From positions 343,635-407,634 of the IMG/VR virus record IMGVR_UViG_3300036853_000446: a stretch of DNA of 64,000 bases; one strand, 5' to 3'. The stretch's first letter is position 1. Every line of letters begins with the position of its first letter. The translations under genes were made by a program, and so were the position numbers. Of this stretch, positions 1-9,031 are shown piece by piece. Below the pieces are notes generated by a model. It saw nothing but the letters and a program-made list of their open reading frames with translations. It was not told where the DNA came from and did not search any database.

Positions 1-67
1 CTCCACATCCTATTGCTCGGGATAAGCGCGGATACTGAAGACGTCCTCAGCCCAGTGCGTCCGGTCG

Positions 68-475
68 GTGGCGACGCCGATCTCAGAAGGGGTGTCCGCA
101 GGGCGCTTGCTTGTCTCGACGCACTGCGAGAGCGCCTGCAAAAGAGCTGACGGTTTGAACCGCCCTCCGACGTGGCTACGGCCACATCGCGAAAACGAGC
201 CTCTGCCGCCTCGAGGAGCGTTCGAGTACTGGAGACGAGCGAGCGAGCCCGTGCTCAGCTTCCTCCTCGACGAGCCCCGGAATTGGAAGACCCTGGATCA
301 ATGGGCCAAGGACACCCGCTTTGGCAAGAGCCGTCTTCGTCACGTGCTCGCCTGGCTCGAGCAGCGCGGAGAAGCTTACACGTTCACGCAATTGGAGGGA
401 CGAAAGGCGATCATCTATTGGGCTATTCCAGAGACGTTGAAGCCGTGTACCGCTTTGCGACCGCCGCAGAGGTGA
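68..475 (+). CDS. hypothetical protein, possibly small winged-helix-like; start uncertain
   Basis: ORF track; C-terminal half looks globular (LDQWAKDTRFGKSRLRHVLAWLEQRG); converges on the 2H gene. Confidence 0.35.
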   Translation: MATPISEGVSAGRLLVSTHCESACKRADGLNRPPTWLRPHRENEPLPPRGAFEYWRRASEPVLSFLLDEPRNWKTLDQWAKDTRFGKSRLRHVLAWLEQRGEAYTFTQLEGRKAIIYWAIPETLKPCTALRPPQR

Positions 476-1025
476 AACGGTCAACAACCCTCCGGGCCAT
501 GGCCGCCACCACCGCGTTGGTTGGGTTCAGTGCCAGGGGGAACGTCACCGTGAGCTTGCGGTCCCCCTCGTCACCGCCCCACATGCTGATCTCGTGCGCG
601 CCCCATTCGATGGTTGGGATTCGAAACTCTTCGACGGCGTCGGGCGCGTAGGCCAGGGTCACATGCGGCCTAAACGTACGGAATTTCTTGTTGAACTCGA
701 CGCCAGCCTCATCGAACGCCGCCACCAGATTGTTGCGCAGCGTGTGCAGGTCATCGGACTCGATGTGCGCGACGACAGGGTGTGACTCGTCGCCGCTAAT
801 GGGAAAGCTCGCGACCCGCGACGTCCCTACGGTGAATGGTCGCGTCCGGGCCGTGACCGCGTAGGTGGCCTTGATGGCTTCGGCGAGCATGTCTATAGGC
901 ACGTCGTCACCGATATAAATCAGCGTAATGTGCTGGTGGTCCCTTGGCGTCTTGTCCCCGGGGACTTCAATGTCGCTCAAGAGACGTGACGTGGGCGCGG
1001 GAATCGGCAGTCCGATCATCGCCAT
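423..1025 (-). CDS. 2H phosphoesterase (2'-5' RNA ligase / Acb1-like fold)
   Basis: Two HxT motifs (QHITLIY, PHVTLAY) about 90 aa apart; C-terminal tail ARRVVDRF/AAVAKRY. Confidence 0.85.
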   Translation of the reverse strand: MAMIGLPIPAPTSRLLSDIEVPGDKTPRDHQHITLIYIGDDVPIDMLAEAIKATYAVTARTRPFTVGTSRVASFPISGDESHPVVAHIESDDLHTLRNNLVAAFDEAGVEFNKKFRTFRPHVTLAYAPDAVEEFRIPTIEWGAHEISMWGGDEGDRKLTVTFPLALNPTNAVVAAMARRVVDRFTSAAVAKRYTASTSLE

Positions 1026-1027
1026 AT

Positions 1028-2437
1028 TTAAAGATCCTCTTTTCCTGTCATGACGGCTTCGAAGCGCTCGAGGATCTTGTCATCCCAATTACCTCTGGTG
1101 CCGAAATGCCCGAGAGCAAACAGCTCAGCGAAGGATTCACTCCCGCCGAAGCCCTCGGTACGGCTGTAGCTGGTCGTGCGCCACTGTTCCCGGTCGAAGT
1201 CTTCGGGCAGCCGGTTGAACCTCTCGAACCGGTGGCCCAGCTCATGCACCAGGATGTAGTCGGCACTCCCATAACTTCCTTCGCCGCGCTTCATGACCGC
1301 GGGCGTGGCCTTGACCCACATCTCGTCCTTGGCATGGATGTACCTGCCTTGTGACTTGATCTGCCCGGCGCCTTGAAAGACGACCGTGAGCGATCCTTTG
1401 AGTGCCTTGGCGCGCCATCCCTTTATCCGACCGAAGACGGCATCAATTTTCTCAGCATACTTCCGGAAGTTGACCTCGCTGATACTGGCTCGGCTCACGT
1501 AGACGGCATGCGCGAGCTTCAACTCGACAATCTGCTCCTTATTGCCGGCTGAACCATCTCCCTCGACCGTGAAGTATCGAACGAGGTCATCAAGGGCTGG
1601 CTCGAGGTGGCTCGACCAACCCCACCCCCACTGACCGTTAAAGTCAAAGAGTGAGGCACGGGCCGTTGAGTAATCACGGCTGTACTCCTCGAGCATTTTG
1701 AGGAAGCGGTTTGCTTCTTCCTTCAGCTTCTTCTGCCCTTTGGGCGTCTTCGCAGAGTCGACACGGAAGGTCTTCCGAAACCAGGCTGCAAACTCTTGAA
1801 CCTTGCCCTTGTCCTCTCGACTGAGCGGGGCGTCAGCGGGGTACGCCTTCACTCGCCCTTGGAGGTCGTCGACCTTTCGGACGAGTTCCTCCTTGAGGCC
1901 TGCCCGGAACACCCGCATCCCGGCCGCGGTGATATCCCAGAAATCACCCGCCTGGCTCTGGCCAGCGAGCTTCACGAGGCCTTGGGCCTTCAGGGCGTCG
2001 AGCTGCCCCTTGGGCGCTAGGACCACGCCCCCGTGGGCCATGATGCAAAGCTCATGCGTATGGGCGCCTGAAGCCTCCTTCTTGCCCCTCCAGCCGCCAC
2101 CGAAGCCGTTGTACTGCTTCACCGCCCACGCGATGCCGTACGGATTGGGCATGTGCTCGTAGCCCCTACCCTCGTTCGGCGCGTGGATGGTTCGTCCCGA
2201 CTGCGTGAATTCACGTCGGTCACCGTTCGCGACCTCGAGGCATTTGTCCCAGAGGTGCGGATTCGTTGCTTCGGAATCGTCCCTCAGGTTCGGCTCTGAG
2301 GGCGCCGTCTTCACGGCCCTCTTGACAGGGCGCTTGGCGGCCCTCTCGACCGGCTTGGGCGCGTCTTCCCGCCACGCGGGGGCTGAGGCACGAGCCTCCT
2401 CAGCCCAACGCAGCTGTCCCGTCCTCGACGTCTCCAC
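1028..2437 (-). CDS. multidomain protein with C-terminal zincin (gluzincin-type) metallopeptidase
   Basis: LVHELGHRF followed by TSYS...SESFAELFA; N-terminal NPHLW...PYGIAWAVKQYNGFGGGW segment; stop lies 2 nt before the 2H ATG. Confidence 0.75.
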   Translation of the reverse strand: METSRTGQLRWAEEARASAPAWREDAPKPVERAAKRPVKRAVKTAPSEPNLRDDSEATNPHLWDKCLEVANGDRREFTQSGRTIHAPNEGRGYEHMPNPYGIAWAVKQYNGFGGGWRGKKEASGAHTHELCIMAHGGVVLAPKGQLDALKAQGLVKLAGQSQAGDFWDITAAGMRVFRAGLKEELVRKVDDLQGRVKAYPADAPLSREDKGKVQEFAAWFRKTFRVDSAKTPKGQKKLKEEANRFLKMLEEYSRDYSTARASLFDFNGQWGWGWSSHLEPALDDLVRYFTVEGDGSAGNKEQIVELKLAHAVYVSRASISEVNFRKYAEKIDAVFGRIKGWRAKALKGSLTVVFQGAGQIKSQGRYIHAKDEMWVKATPAVMKRGEGSYGSADYILVHELGHRFERFNRLPEDFDREQWRTTSYSRTEGFGGSESFAELFALGHFGTRGNWDDKILERFEAVMTGKEDL

Positions 2438-2476
2438 GCATGGAGCCAGTCATTTAGTAGATTAGCGGGCCTCTGC

Positions 2477-3109
2477 TTATGCCGCGCCCATGCTATAAGC
2501 CGCCCGAACCTCTGGCAGCGGTTTGACTTTCAGGACGACGCCGCCCATTTCGAAGAAACCAGCGATCTTCCGGTGTTGCTTCGACCCGGGCGCAATGTGG
2601 GGGCAAACGTCTTCGAATGCTCCGAGGCTCGTAACGAGCGTCTCGCGCTGTACCCCGGGGTAGTTGATGTAGCCAATTCGCTTGGCTTCCCTCGGCGACA
2701 TCTCTGCCGGCGTCGCTCCTCCTCTGACCGACGGAGGCGGTAACAAGAAGGTGCCACTCTTACGGCGTAGCATGATCTGTTTGGCGTTCGTCTTGACAAG
2801 CCCCGTTTCGACTACCACGGAAGCGGTCGTCGAAACGGGCGACGGGGTTGAGAGTGCACGCTGCGTCGGCTGCATCGGCGGCGCGCCGGGTTCGCCCTTT
2901 TGCCATGTAGGGACGACCACGCGGCGTCTCGATGTCGGTTCCGCATCGAGCTTTTGGCCAAAATAGACCTTCTCGATCCAGGCCTTCTGTTTGTCGCTAC
3001 AGCGATTGAATCGGTGGATCCGATCCCACATGTCAGTGAAAGATTCGCGCTCGCGCTGATTGAGTTCAGCCCGTCGAAGCACAACGGCGAGCATGTCCTT
3101 GGCTGTCAT
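2477..3109 (-). CDS. hypothetical protein
   Basis: 210-aa ORF with AGGAG SD upstream of the ATG. Confidence 0.6.
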   Translation of the reverse strand: MTAKDMLAVVLRRAELNQRERESFTDMWDRIHRFNRCSDKQKAWIEKVYFGQKLDAEPTSRRRVVVPTWQKGEPGAPPMQPTQRALSTPSPVSTTASVVVETGLVKTNAKQIMLRRKSGTFLLPPPSVRGGATPAEMSPREAKRIGYINYPGVQRETLVTSLGAFEDVCPHIAPGSKQHRKIAGFFEMGGVVLKVKPLPEVRAAYSMGAA

Positions 3110-3551
3110 TCTTCTCTCCTGGGGACTCCCGATGAGTCAAGAGCGAGGCTTGCCTTTTTCTGGAAGGCCGCGACTCAACTCTGTTCGTCCCCCGCAGACG
3201 ATAAACGCTCTCCGCGTTCAGTTAACGCTCCCACGCGATCTTGTCAACGACTCAACTATAGCATCCCGATGTGGCAGGACCCAAATCTCGAAGCCACGAA
3301 ATAGTGTCACCCGGCGAGAGCACATCGCCCAATTGGGTCGAGCCTGTGTGGAGAAAGCACGAGCTTTCAATACCCCGCCCCTGTACCAAACCATCCGGGC
3401 GATCCCGCCGTTCTGGCGTCTCCGGCGCTTCCGGCTTTTCCGGTGTAACGGTTATCACGTTTATCCGAGAGGCTCATGTGATAGCAACAAAGTTCGCTGT
3501 CGGTGCACCATATCTCATCGTTGCATCTGACGAGATATGGGGGCGAGCTTG

Positions 3552-4124
3552 ATGACGTCGCGAGTTGCCTTCTGCGGCGCCAGTGGGACGGGCAAGACAA
3601 CGCTGACCGAGTGGGTCAAGACCACGTACTCTCTGCCCATCAATCCGGTGGGAAGCCGTAACGTCGCACGCGCGATGGGGTTCAGCAACGCCTACGAGAC
3701 GGATGCGGCCGGCAAAAGATCGGAATTTCAGATACGACTGATGCGGGAAAAGATCGAATGGGAAGCCGACCACAACGAGTTTGTGACGGATCGGACCACG
3801 TTCGACAATCTTACCTATTCGACGCTCCACGGCTGCTCGAGCATCGACGCCGCGCAGTTTGAAGCCGCGTGCACTGGCATGAACCGCTACGAATGCGTCA
3901 TCTATTGCCCAGTCTCCGTATTCATCGACTTGGGGGACGATCCCGAGCGTCTATCGAGCATGACTTATCAACAGCTCTATGACGCAGCGTTGTGGGGGCT
4001 TCTGCAGAAATTTCGCCCGCCCGGTACTCGACTCGTTACCATGCCATTCCCAAAGCTCGAGCACCGGAAAGACTTCCTACGTCAGCTGCTGCGAACCGGC
4101 CGCGAAGGCGAAGAGGACTCCTAG
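3552..4124 (+). CDS. P-loop nucleoside/nucleotide kinase-like protein (AAA_28/NadR-kinase-like)
   Basis: VAFCGASGTGKTT Walker A at the N-terminus; FVTDRTTFDNLTY motif. Confidence 0.75.
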   Translation: MTSRVAFCGASGTGKTTLTEWVKTTYSLPINPVGSRNVARAMGFSNAYETDAAGKRSEFQIRLMREKIEWEADHNEFVTDRTTFDNLTYSTLHGCSSIDAAQFEAACTGMNRYECVIYCPVSVFIDLGDDPERLSSMTYQQLYDAALWGLLQKFRPPGTRLVTMPFPKLEHRKDFLRQLLRTGREGEEDS

Positions 4125-4149
4125 AGGAGCCCTAGACCAGCTCCGGGAT

Positions 4150-4908
4150 TCAGCTGGCTGCGCGTAGGGCCGCGATGATGTCGGCCTTTGTCATGCCGTA
4201 CTTGGTCTCGACGCCCTTCTCGGTTGCGGCGGCGATCAGCTTCTTCTTGCTCCACGATTCGTAGTGCTCGGCATTATCGTCAGACACCTCAGCCTCCTCA
4301 GCGTCATGTGCGGGCGTCACAGCGATGGTGTCGGCAGCGTCAGAAATCGACTCTGCAGCTCCTGCGATCGAATCGGCGGCTTCCGCAATCGACTCTGCGG
4401 CCTCGGTGCGGCGCTCTGCACGATCCCCTCGCGGTGGCTCGCTCGCCCTGGGACCCACCAGAGTGGGCTCATCAACCGAGACGGGTTCAACCGAGGCGGG
4501 TTCAACCGAGACGGGCTCGTACTCATCAGCAACCGAGGCGGACTCATCCGAGACGGGCTCCTGGGTCGAGTTTACGGAAGTCTCCCGCGGGAGATCTTCT
4601 AACGGAGCTGCTTTCGGAGGGTCTTCCGACGGAGCTGCTTCTCGAGCTGGCTCAGACGATTGAGCTGGCTCGGATGGCCCAAATGATTCAGTGGGTTGAG
4701 CTGGCTCGGATGATTGAGCTGGCTCGGATGGCTCGGATGGTGGCTCCCCGATTGCCGCACGGCACAAGGCCGAAAGCCCTGCCGGCGAGGCGTCCGTGCC
4801 CCCCATTTCCTGGGCGTAATGGTCGCCGCGGGCGATCGTGTAGCCACGCAGCTCGGAGAGTCGAGCACGGCGGAGTAGGTCAGTGAGATCGGGGAGGTTG
4901 AGGCTCAT
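4150..4908 (-). CDS. acidic, repeat-rich protein with C-terminal HeH/Rho-N-like helical domain
   Basis: EPAQSS and EPVSV repeats; C-terminus YESWSKKKLIAAATEKGVETKYGMTKADIIAAL. Confidence 0.6.
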   Translation of the reverse strand: MSLNLPDLTDLLRRARLSELRGYTIARGDHYAQEMGGTDASPAGLSALCRAAIGEPPSEPSEPAQSSEPAQPTESFGPSEPAQSSEPAREAAPSEDPPKAAPLEDLPRETSVNSTQEPVSDESASVADEYEPVSVEPASVEPVSVDEPTLVGPRASEPPRGDRAERRTEAAESIAEAADSIAGAAESISDAADTIAVTPAHDAEEAEVSDDNAEHYESWSKKKLIAAATEKGVETKYGMTKADIIAALRAAS

Positions 4909-4941
4909 TTGGGGTTGGGTCCTTCCAACTTCCTCGGGGTC

Positions 4942-4950
4942 ATAAAAGGA
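4942..4950 (-). promoter_or_regulatory. TCCTTTTAT motif (candidate second promoter class)
   Basis: Identical 9-mer at 22365 and 29985; variants at 13714, 20332, 41812 and 60895, each upstream of a minus-strand start. Confidence 0.4.
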
Positions 4951-4988
4951 TTTTTGTTCCGCTCACGTCGGGACCGGGCGGATCGCCC

Positions 4989-4995
4989 CGGTGTA
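4989..4995 (+). promoter_or_regulatory. CGGTGTA motif, 10 nt before ATG 5006
   Basis: Exact heptamer; same positional relation at ten genes. Confidence 0.6.
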
Positions 4996-5005
4996 TGCCG
5001 AGCCC

Positions 5006-5479
5006 ATGATCGATCTCGCGGTCTTCCACCGAAATCTATTGGGCCTCGACCCAAAGAGAACCCCCGTCGAATTCCGTCTCACCAAAACACATGAACGCCT
5101 CTACGCGGCAAGCCGCGAGTCAGCCCGCCACGGATTTCTCCTCCCTTCAAACCGAAACCTCGAGAGTTGGGAGCACTTTCTGGGGACCTTCGTCTTGGCG
5201 TACGGCCAAACTCCGATTGGCTCCGTGACCTTTGCCGTGAGCGCGCCCGTCCGCCGGTGGGCGAATGAACAGCTCAAGAAGGTCGCGCACCACATCTTTT
5301 CGTCACGCGCCAAGGCGTCGAGAGCGAGCATTGACGACCTCTTCTCGAAGTTTCAACGACTCGAAATCGGGTCGAGCGTCCTGCAGATGGCAGAGCCCGA
5401 GCGATGGGTCGCGTATGGGTTCACCGACGAGGACATCCTAACCCCTTGGATGCGCAACCGACTCCTCATTGCAGCATGA
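5006..5479 (+). CDS. hypothetical protein
   Basis: ATG 10 nt after the CGGTGTA motif; ATGA overlap with the next gene. Confidence 0.6.
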   Translation: MIDLAVFHRNLLGLDPKRTPVEFRLTKTHERLYAASRESARHGFLLPSNRNLESWEHFLGTFVLAYGQTPIGSVTFAVSAPVRRWANEQLKKVAHHIFSSRAKASRASIDDLFSKFQRLEIGSSVLQMAEPERWVAYGFTDEDILTPWMRNRLLIAA

Positions 5480-6075
5480 ATGTGACCCTTCCTCTGAACC
5501 CTAAAGACCTCTGTGTCGCCCTCGACCGAGAGGCCCCCGCCCACCTGACACTTGCTCCTTTCGACCTCGACGACGTCAGAGCCACACTTCGCCGTCGCCG
5601 TCCTCTACTGCTCCTCGAGTCGAATTCGGGGGCAATGGTCGACGTCGTGGAAGCGCTGCGGCCACATATCGAGATCTTCATCGACAGCCTGGTCCGCGTC
5701 GCCGATCTCGTGATCGGCGATGATTTACAGCAGGTTCTCGATCTCGGTCTTTATAATCCGCGGCTCGGCGTCCTGTTCGAGACCCTGTGGGCTGCGCGAT
5801 TCGAGCACCTCGAGCATCGGGATTTCTCAGCCCCTTTCCTCGAGCTGACGAAGACGACATTCGACGATCCGTCTGCCCTGATTCGCAATGACGCGCTCCT
5901 CTTCTGGTTAACCCTCCTCCGGCAAAACGATGCCACGACCACGAGACAGGTCATTCTCGTCATCAGGAGCCCTGGCGGTCTGGACCCCGCGATGTGCGCC
6001 TTCGTTCGTGCGGCCGAGCATTGGATATCGCTCGGCTCTCCCGTCCGCATCGTCACGGAGGCGACCGTCAGTTGA
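5476..6075 (+). CDS. hypothetical protein
   Basis: Start overlaps the previous stop (ATGA); Leu-rich globular composition. Confidence 0.6.
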   Translation: MNVTLPLNPKDLCVALDREAPAHLTLAPFDLDDVRATLRRRRPLLLLESNSGAMVDVVEALRPHIEIFIDSLVRVADLVIGDDLQQVLDLGLYNPRLGVLFETLWAARFEHLEHRDFSAPFLELTKTTFDDPSALIRNDALLFWLTLLRQNDATTTRQVILVIRSPGGLDPAMCAFVRAAEHWISLGSPVRIVTEATVS

Positions 6076-6556
6076 GCACCTTCGAAGGGTCGGGAGGTAG
6101 CTCCGGCGTCTCGAACTCGTTCGGAATCCCGGCCTTCCGCAGGGCATGCGCGCGACCCAGCTCGATCAGCTTATACGCAGCATTATGAAGGGCCTTGTCC
6201 GCTTTGGAGGCTTCGAGCCGCGCTTGGACGGCCTGCGCCGTCCCGACCATCTCGTTCATCCTCTGCGCGGCGACTTGATTCGCCATGTCGGCGTAGCCCG
6301 CCTGGAGCAGGGCCTGCTCCCACTCGAGAAACAGCTCCCGCGCCTCATGAACCGGGTGCTCCGCCGTCCCTAAGACTTCCACCTGAGCCCGACGCCGCGC
6401 GAGTGCGTCCCAAAACACAGCGGCGGCCTCGTCGGGCGTATAGTCCGGCCCATAGATCAGCCTGCCGTCCGGTTTTATCGTCACGAGCACTCGAGACGCC
6501 GACGTGCCGATGACCAAATCCTTCTCCGAAGGTGAATCGTCTCGTGAATCGCCCAT
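6068..6556 (-). CDS. hypothetical protein
   Basis: 162-aa ORF, helical composition, fills the gap between plus-strand genes. Confidence 0.55.
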   Translation of the reverse strand: MGDSRDDSPSEKDLVIGTSASRVLVTIKPDGRLIYGPDYTPDEAAAVFWDALARRRAQVEVLGTAEHPVHEARELFLEWEQALLQAGYADMANQVAAQRMNEMVGTAQAVQARLEASKADKALHNAAYKLIELGRAHALRKAGIPNEFETPELPPDPSKVLN

Positions 6557-6708
6557 AAAATCCGCGCCAGTCCGATGGTCGCCCCATTCTAGCGCGCTAC
6601 CGAAGTTTACGGCAAGCTGCCTTCGGGTTGCGGCGGTCCGCGCGCATCACCAAGGTCACACCGAGTTGCTCCCGACTCTTTAGGGAGTCACTCTTTATAG
6701 TAACCCAA

Positions 6709-6915
6709 ATGAAGTGGATGTTGCTCGCGCTCTTGGCCCTCGGAACTCCCTCTCGAGAGTCACACTGTTTCCATAACTGCTCGCAATGCGCCTTCCGGTG
6801 TAAACGCGCGAGTGACCCTGAAACGTGTCGCCAAACTTGCTTCGAACTCAAACGCGAGTGTTGCCAAAGTTGCAAGTCAGGACCAGGACCTCAAAAGACC
6901 TGCGCCTGCACATAA
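6709..6915 (+). CDS. small putatively secreted cysteine-rich peptide
   Basis: MKWMLLALLALG hydrophobic leader followed by 11 Cys in about 50 aa. Confidence 0.55.
   Translation: MKWMLLALLALGTPSRESHCFHNCSQCAFRCKRASDPETCRQTCFELKRECCQSCKSGPGPQKTCACT
6796..6802 (+). promoter_or_regulatory. CGGTGTA motif, 9 nt before rnhB start
   Basis: Exact heptamer. Confidence 0.6.
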
Positions 6916-7573
6916 ACAGAAGGCCAACGCTCTCCTCGAGAAATCCACTGCGGAGTGGATCCTCGGCTCGGACGAGGCCGGTTATGGTACACTCGCGGGC
7001 AGTCTGGTCGTCGTCGCCATGGCGGTCCGTCGATCGTGGGGCGATCCTGAGGTTACCGATTCAAAGGTGCTTTCTGACACAAAACGTCGGAGCATCGTGC
7101 GACGCTACCGTGGGGCTGAGGACGTCTTCAGGGTCGTCCACACGACGTCTCCTCGAGGGATCGATGAGGTGGGTGTTTGGACCTCACTGATCAACGCTCA
7201 CAATCAGGTGCATGAAGCTTTAGAAGCCAAACTGCGAGCCGTAGACCCATGGGGCGAGCTGCTTCACATCGTGGATGGTCTGGAGAACGCGCGAAGACGC
7301 CTCGACGCCCGTTTCACCCCACTATCCTCGGCGGACCTCTATGTTCCGGCCGTCTCGCTGGCGAGTTGCTTCGCCAAAGTCGTTCAATGTGAGTTGATGG
7401 ATCTTGCTGCGAAAAGCTACCCAGGATATGGCTTCGAGAGGCACCGCGGCTACGATACGCCGCAGCATCGAGAGGCGCTCGCGCGACTCGGGGTCACTCC
7501 GATCCACCGCAAGAGTTACCGGACTATCCGGGACCTGCTGAGCGCCGATGGCTTCTCTGCTGATCGTGGATGA
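6812..7573 (+). CDS. rnhB: ribonuclease HII
   Basis: GSDEAGYG, DSK, IVDG, HRGYDT...H motifs of RNase HII. Confidence 0.88.
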   Translation: MTLKRVAKLASNSNASVAKVASQDQDLKRPAPAHKQKANALLEKSTAEWILGSDEAGYGTLAGSLVVVAMAVRRSWGDPEVTDSKVLSDTKRRSIVRRYRGAEDVFRVVHTTSPRGIDEVGVWTSLINAHNQVHEALEAKLRAVDPWGELLHIVDGLENARRRLDARFTPLSSADLYVPAVSLASCFAKVVQCELMDLAAKSYPGYGFERHRGYDTPQHREALARLGVTPIHRKSYRTIRDLLSADGFSADRG

Positions 7574-7949
7574 TGACCTCATGGTCCAACGCGCTCTGAT
7601 ACGTGCCCTTCGCGAACACATCTGCGTTGCAGCTTGCAACGGCTGCGAGGCCCTCCGATTGCTCGGCGTCCAGCCCTTTGACCTCGTCATCTCGGACGTC
7701 GACATGCCCGTGATGAATGGCCTCGACTTCTACAGGAAGGCCCGCGAGCTTTTCCCGAACCTTCGGATCATTTTCCGGACGGGATCCAAAGTACCGGGAC
7801 TTGCGTCGATCGGGGTCCCGGTCCTACCAAAGGACTGGCCTTTGACCGACACGCTCGAGGCGATCGATTCTTTCGTAACGCGCGGTGTAACGCACATGGA
7901 TGCCGGCACTCTTCAAGGCAAAGCCCTTTCTGAAATGGGCGGGCGGTAA
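7548..7949 (+). CDS. single-domain response regulator (CheY-like receiver)
   Basis: LIVDDD, LVISDVDMPVMNG (phosphoacceptor Asp), IFRTG, LPK. Confidence 0.88.
   Translation: MASLLIVDDDLMVQRALIRALREHICVAACNGCEALRLLGVQPFDLVISDVDMPVMNGLDFYRKARELFPNLRIIFRTGSKVPGLASIGVPVLPKDWPLTDTLEAIDSFVTRGVTHMDAGTLQGKALSEMGGR
7883..7889 (+). promoter_or_regulatory. CGGTGTA motif, 10 nt before dam start
   Basis: Exact heptamer. Confidence 0.6.
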
Positions 7950-8766
7950 GACTCGTCTCCTCGAGACGCTATCGAATCTTCTCCCCGAGACGATCGACAC
8001 CTACTACGAGCCCTTCATCGGCGGCGGGGCTTTGTTCTTTCACCTCGCACACGAGCAGCGCTTTCGGCACGCGATCCTCAACGATTTCAATCCCGAACTG
8101 GTCAACTGCTACCAAGTCGTCCGCGACGCAGTGGAGGCCCTCATCGCGCAGCTAAAGACATTCCAGGTGACCCGCGACGAGTTTTACGCCGTGCGCGCGC
8201 TCGACCCTCTCGCGCTGTCTACCGTCCACCGGGCTGCCCGCACGATCTATCTGAATCGCACGTGTTTCAACGGCCTGTATCGGCTGAACAAGCGCGGCGC
8301 ATTCAACGTGCCGCGGGGCGATTACAAGGATCCTCGCGTTGTCGATGAGGGCAACCTCCACGCTTGCTCTGCTCTGCTTCATTCGGTGACGCTGCGCGAG
8401 GGCGGTTTCGTTCAGGCCGTAAAAGGGGTCGTCAGCGGGGACGCCGTCTATTTCGATCCCCCCTACGTGCCGCTCAACGCAACCAGCAATTTCAAGAGCT
8501 ACACGAAGGAGGGCTTCACGTTGGACGACCAGCAGCGGCTCGCCGAATGCTTTCGAGAGCTGGCGGATCGCGGCGTCTTCGTTCTCGAATCGAACTCGGA
8601 CACGGCCACCGTCCATAACCTCTACAAGGGTTTCGAGAGACGGGTCGTTCGGATGCGCCGCAACATCAACAGCAAGGCCGACAGTCGAGGCGCCGTCAAC
8701 GAGTTGGTCGTCATGGTCCGACCCGGCGGTGGCGAAGAATGGGATCACCGTGGCTATCAATCCTAA
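7900..8766 (+). CDS. dam: DNA adenine methyltransferase (Dam/D12 class)
   Basis: KPFLKWAGGK, YYEPFIGGGA, YLNRTCFNG, YFDPPY. Confidence 0.92.
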   Translation: MPALFKAKPFLKWAGGKTRLLETLSNLLPETIDTYYEPFIGGGALFFHLAHEQRFRHAILNDFNPELVNCYQVVRDAVEALIAQLKTFQVTRDEFYAVRALDPLALSTVHRAARTIYLNRTCFNGLYRLNKRGAFNVPRGDYKDPRVVDEGNLHACSALLHSVTLREGGFVQAVKGVVSGDAVYFDPPYVPLNATSNFKSYTKEGFTLDDQQRLAECFRELADRGVFVLESNSDTATVHNLYKGFERRVVRMRRNINSKADSRGAVNELVVMVRPGGGEEWDHRGYQS

Positions 8767-9031
8767 GGACTGGCTCGGAAGGGATCGGCGACTGCACCGA
8801 ACCCTCGTAATTGCCCTCATCGTCGTGCTGGCCACCCTTCGTGATACGTTCTGGCGAGACGCTCTCACTTATGTGGGTCTGGTCCTGATCGGTATTCACG
8901 CGGAATTCCGCCATGCTGCCTTACGGCATCTGATCGCCAGTCGCCCTTTCGACGATTTCGTCAGAGCCTACCGTCCTCGAGGACGAGATGGGCGGGATGC
9001 CAACCCGCCCGAACCTCGCATCTACAGTTAG
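8750..9031 (+). CDS. small membrane protein
   Basis: Two hydrophobic stretches (TLVIALIVVLATL; ALTYVGLVLIGI); overlaps the Dam 3' end. Confidence 0.45.
   Translation: MAINPKDWLGRDRRLHRTLVIALIVVLATLRDTFWRDALTYVGLVLIGIHAEFRHAALRHLIASRPFDDFVRAYRPRGRDGRDANPPEPRIYS

Noticed and set aside
6709-6915. CxxxCxxC in the small peptide as a radical-SAM motif
   Set aside because: The peptide is far too short for a radical-SAM fold and has a secretion-type leader.
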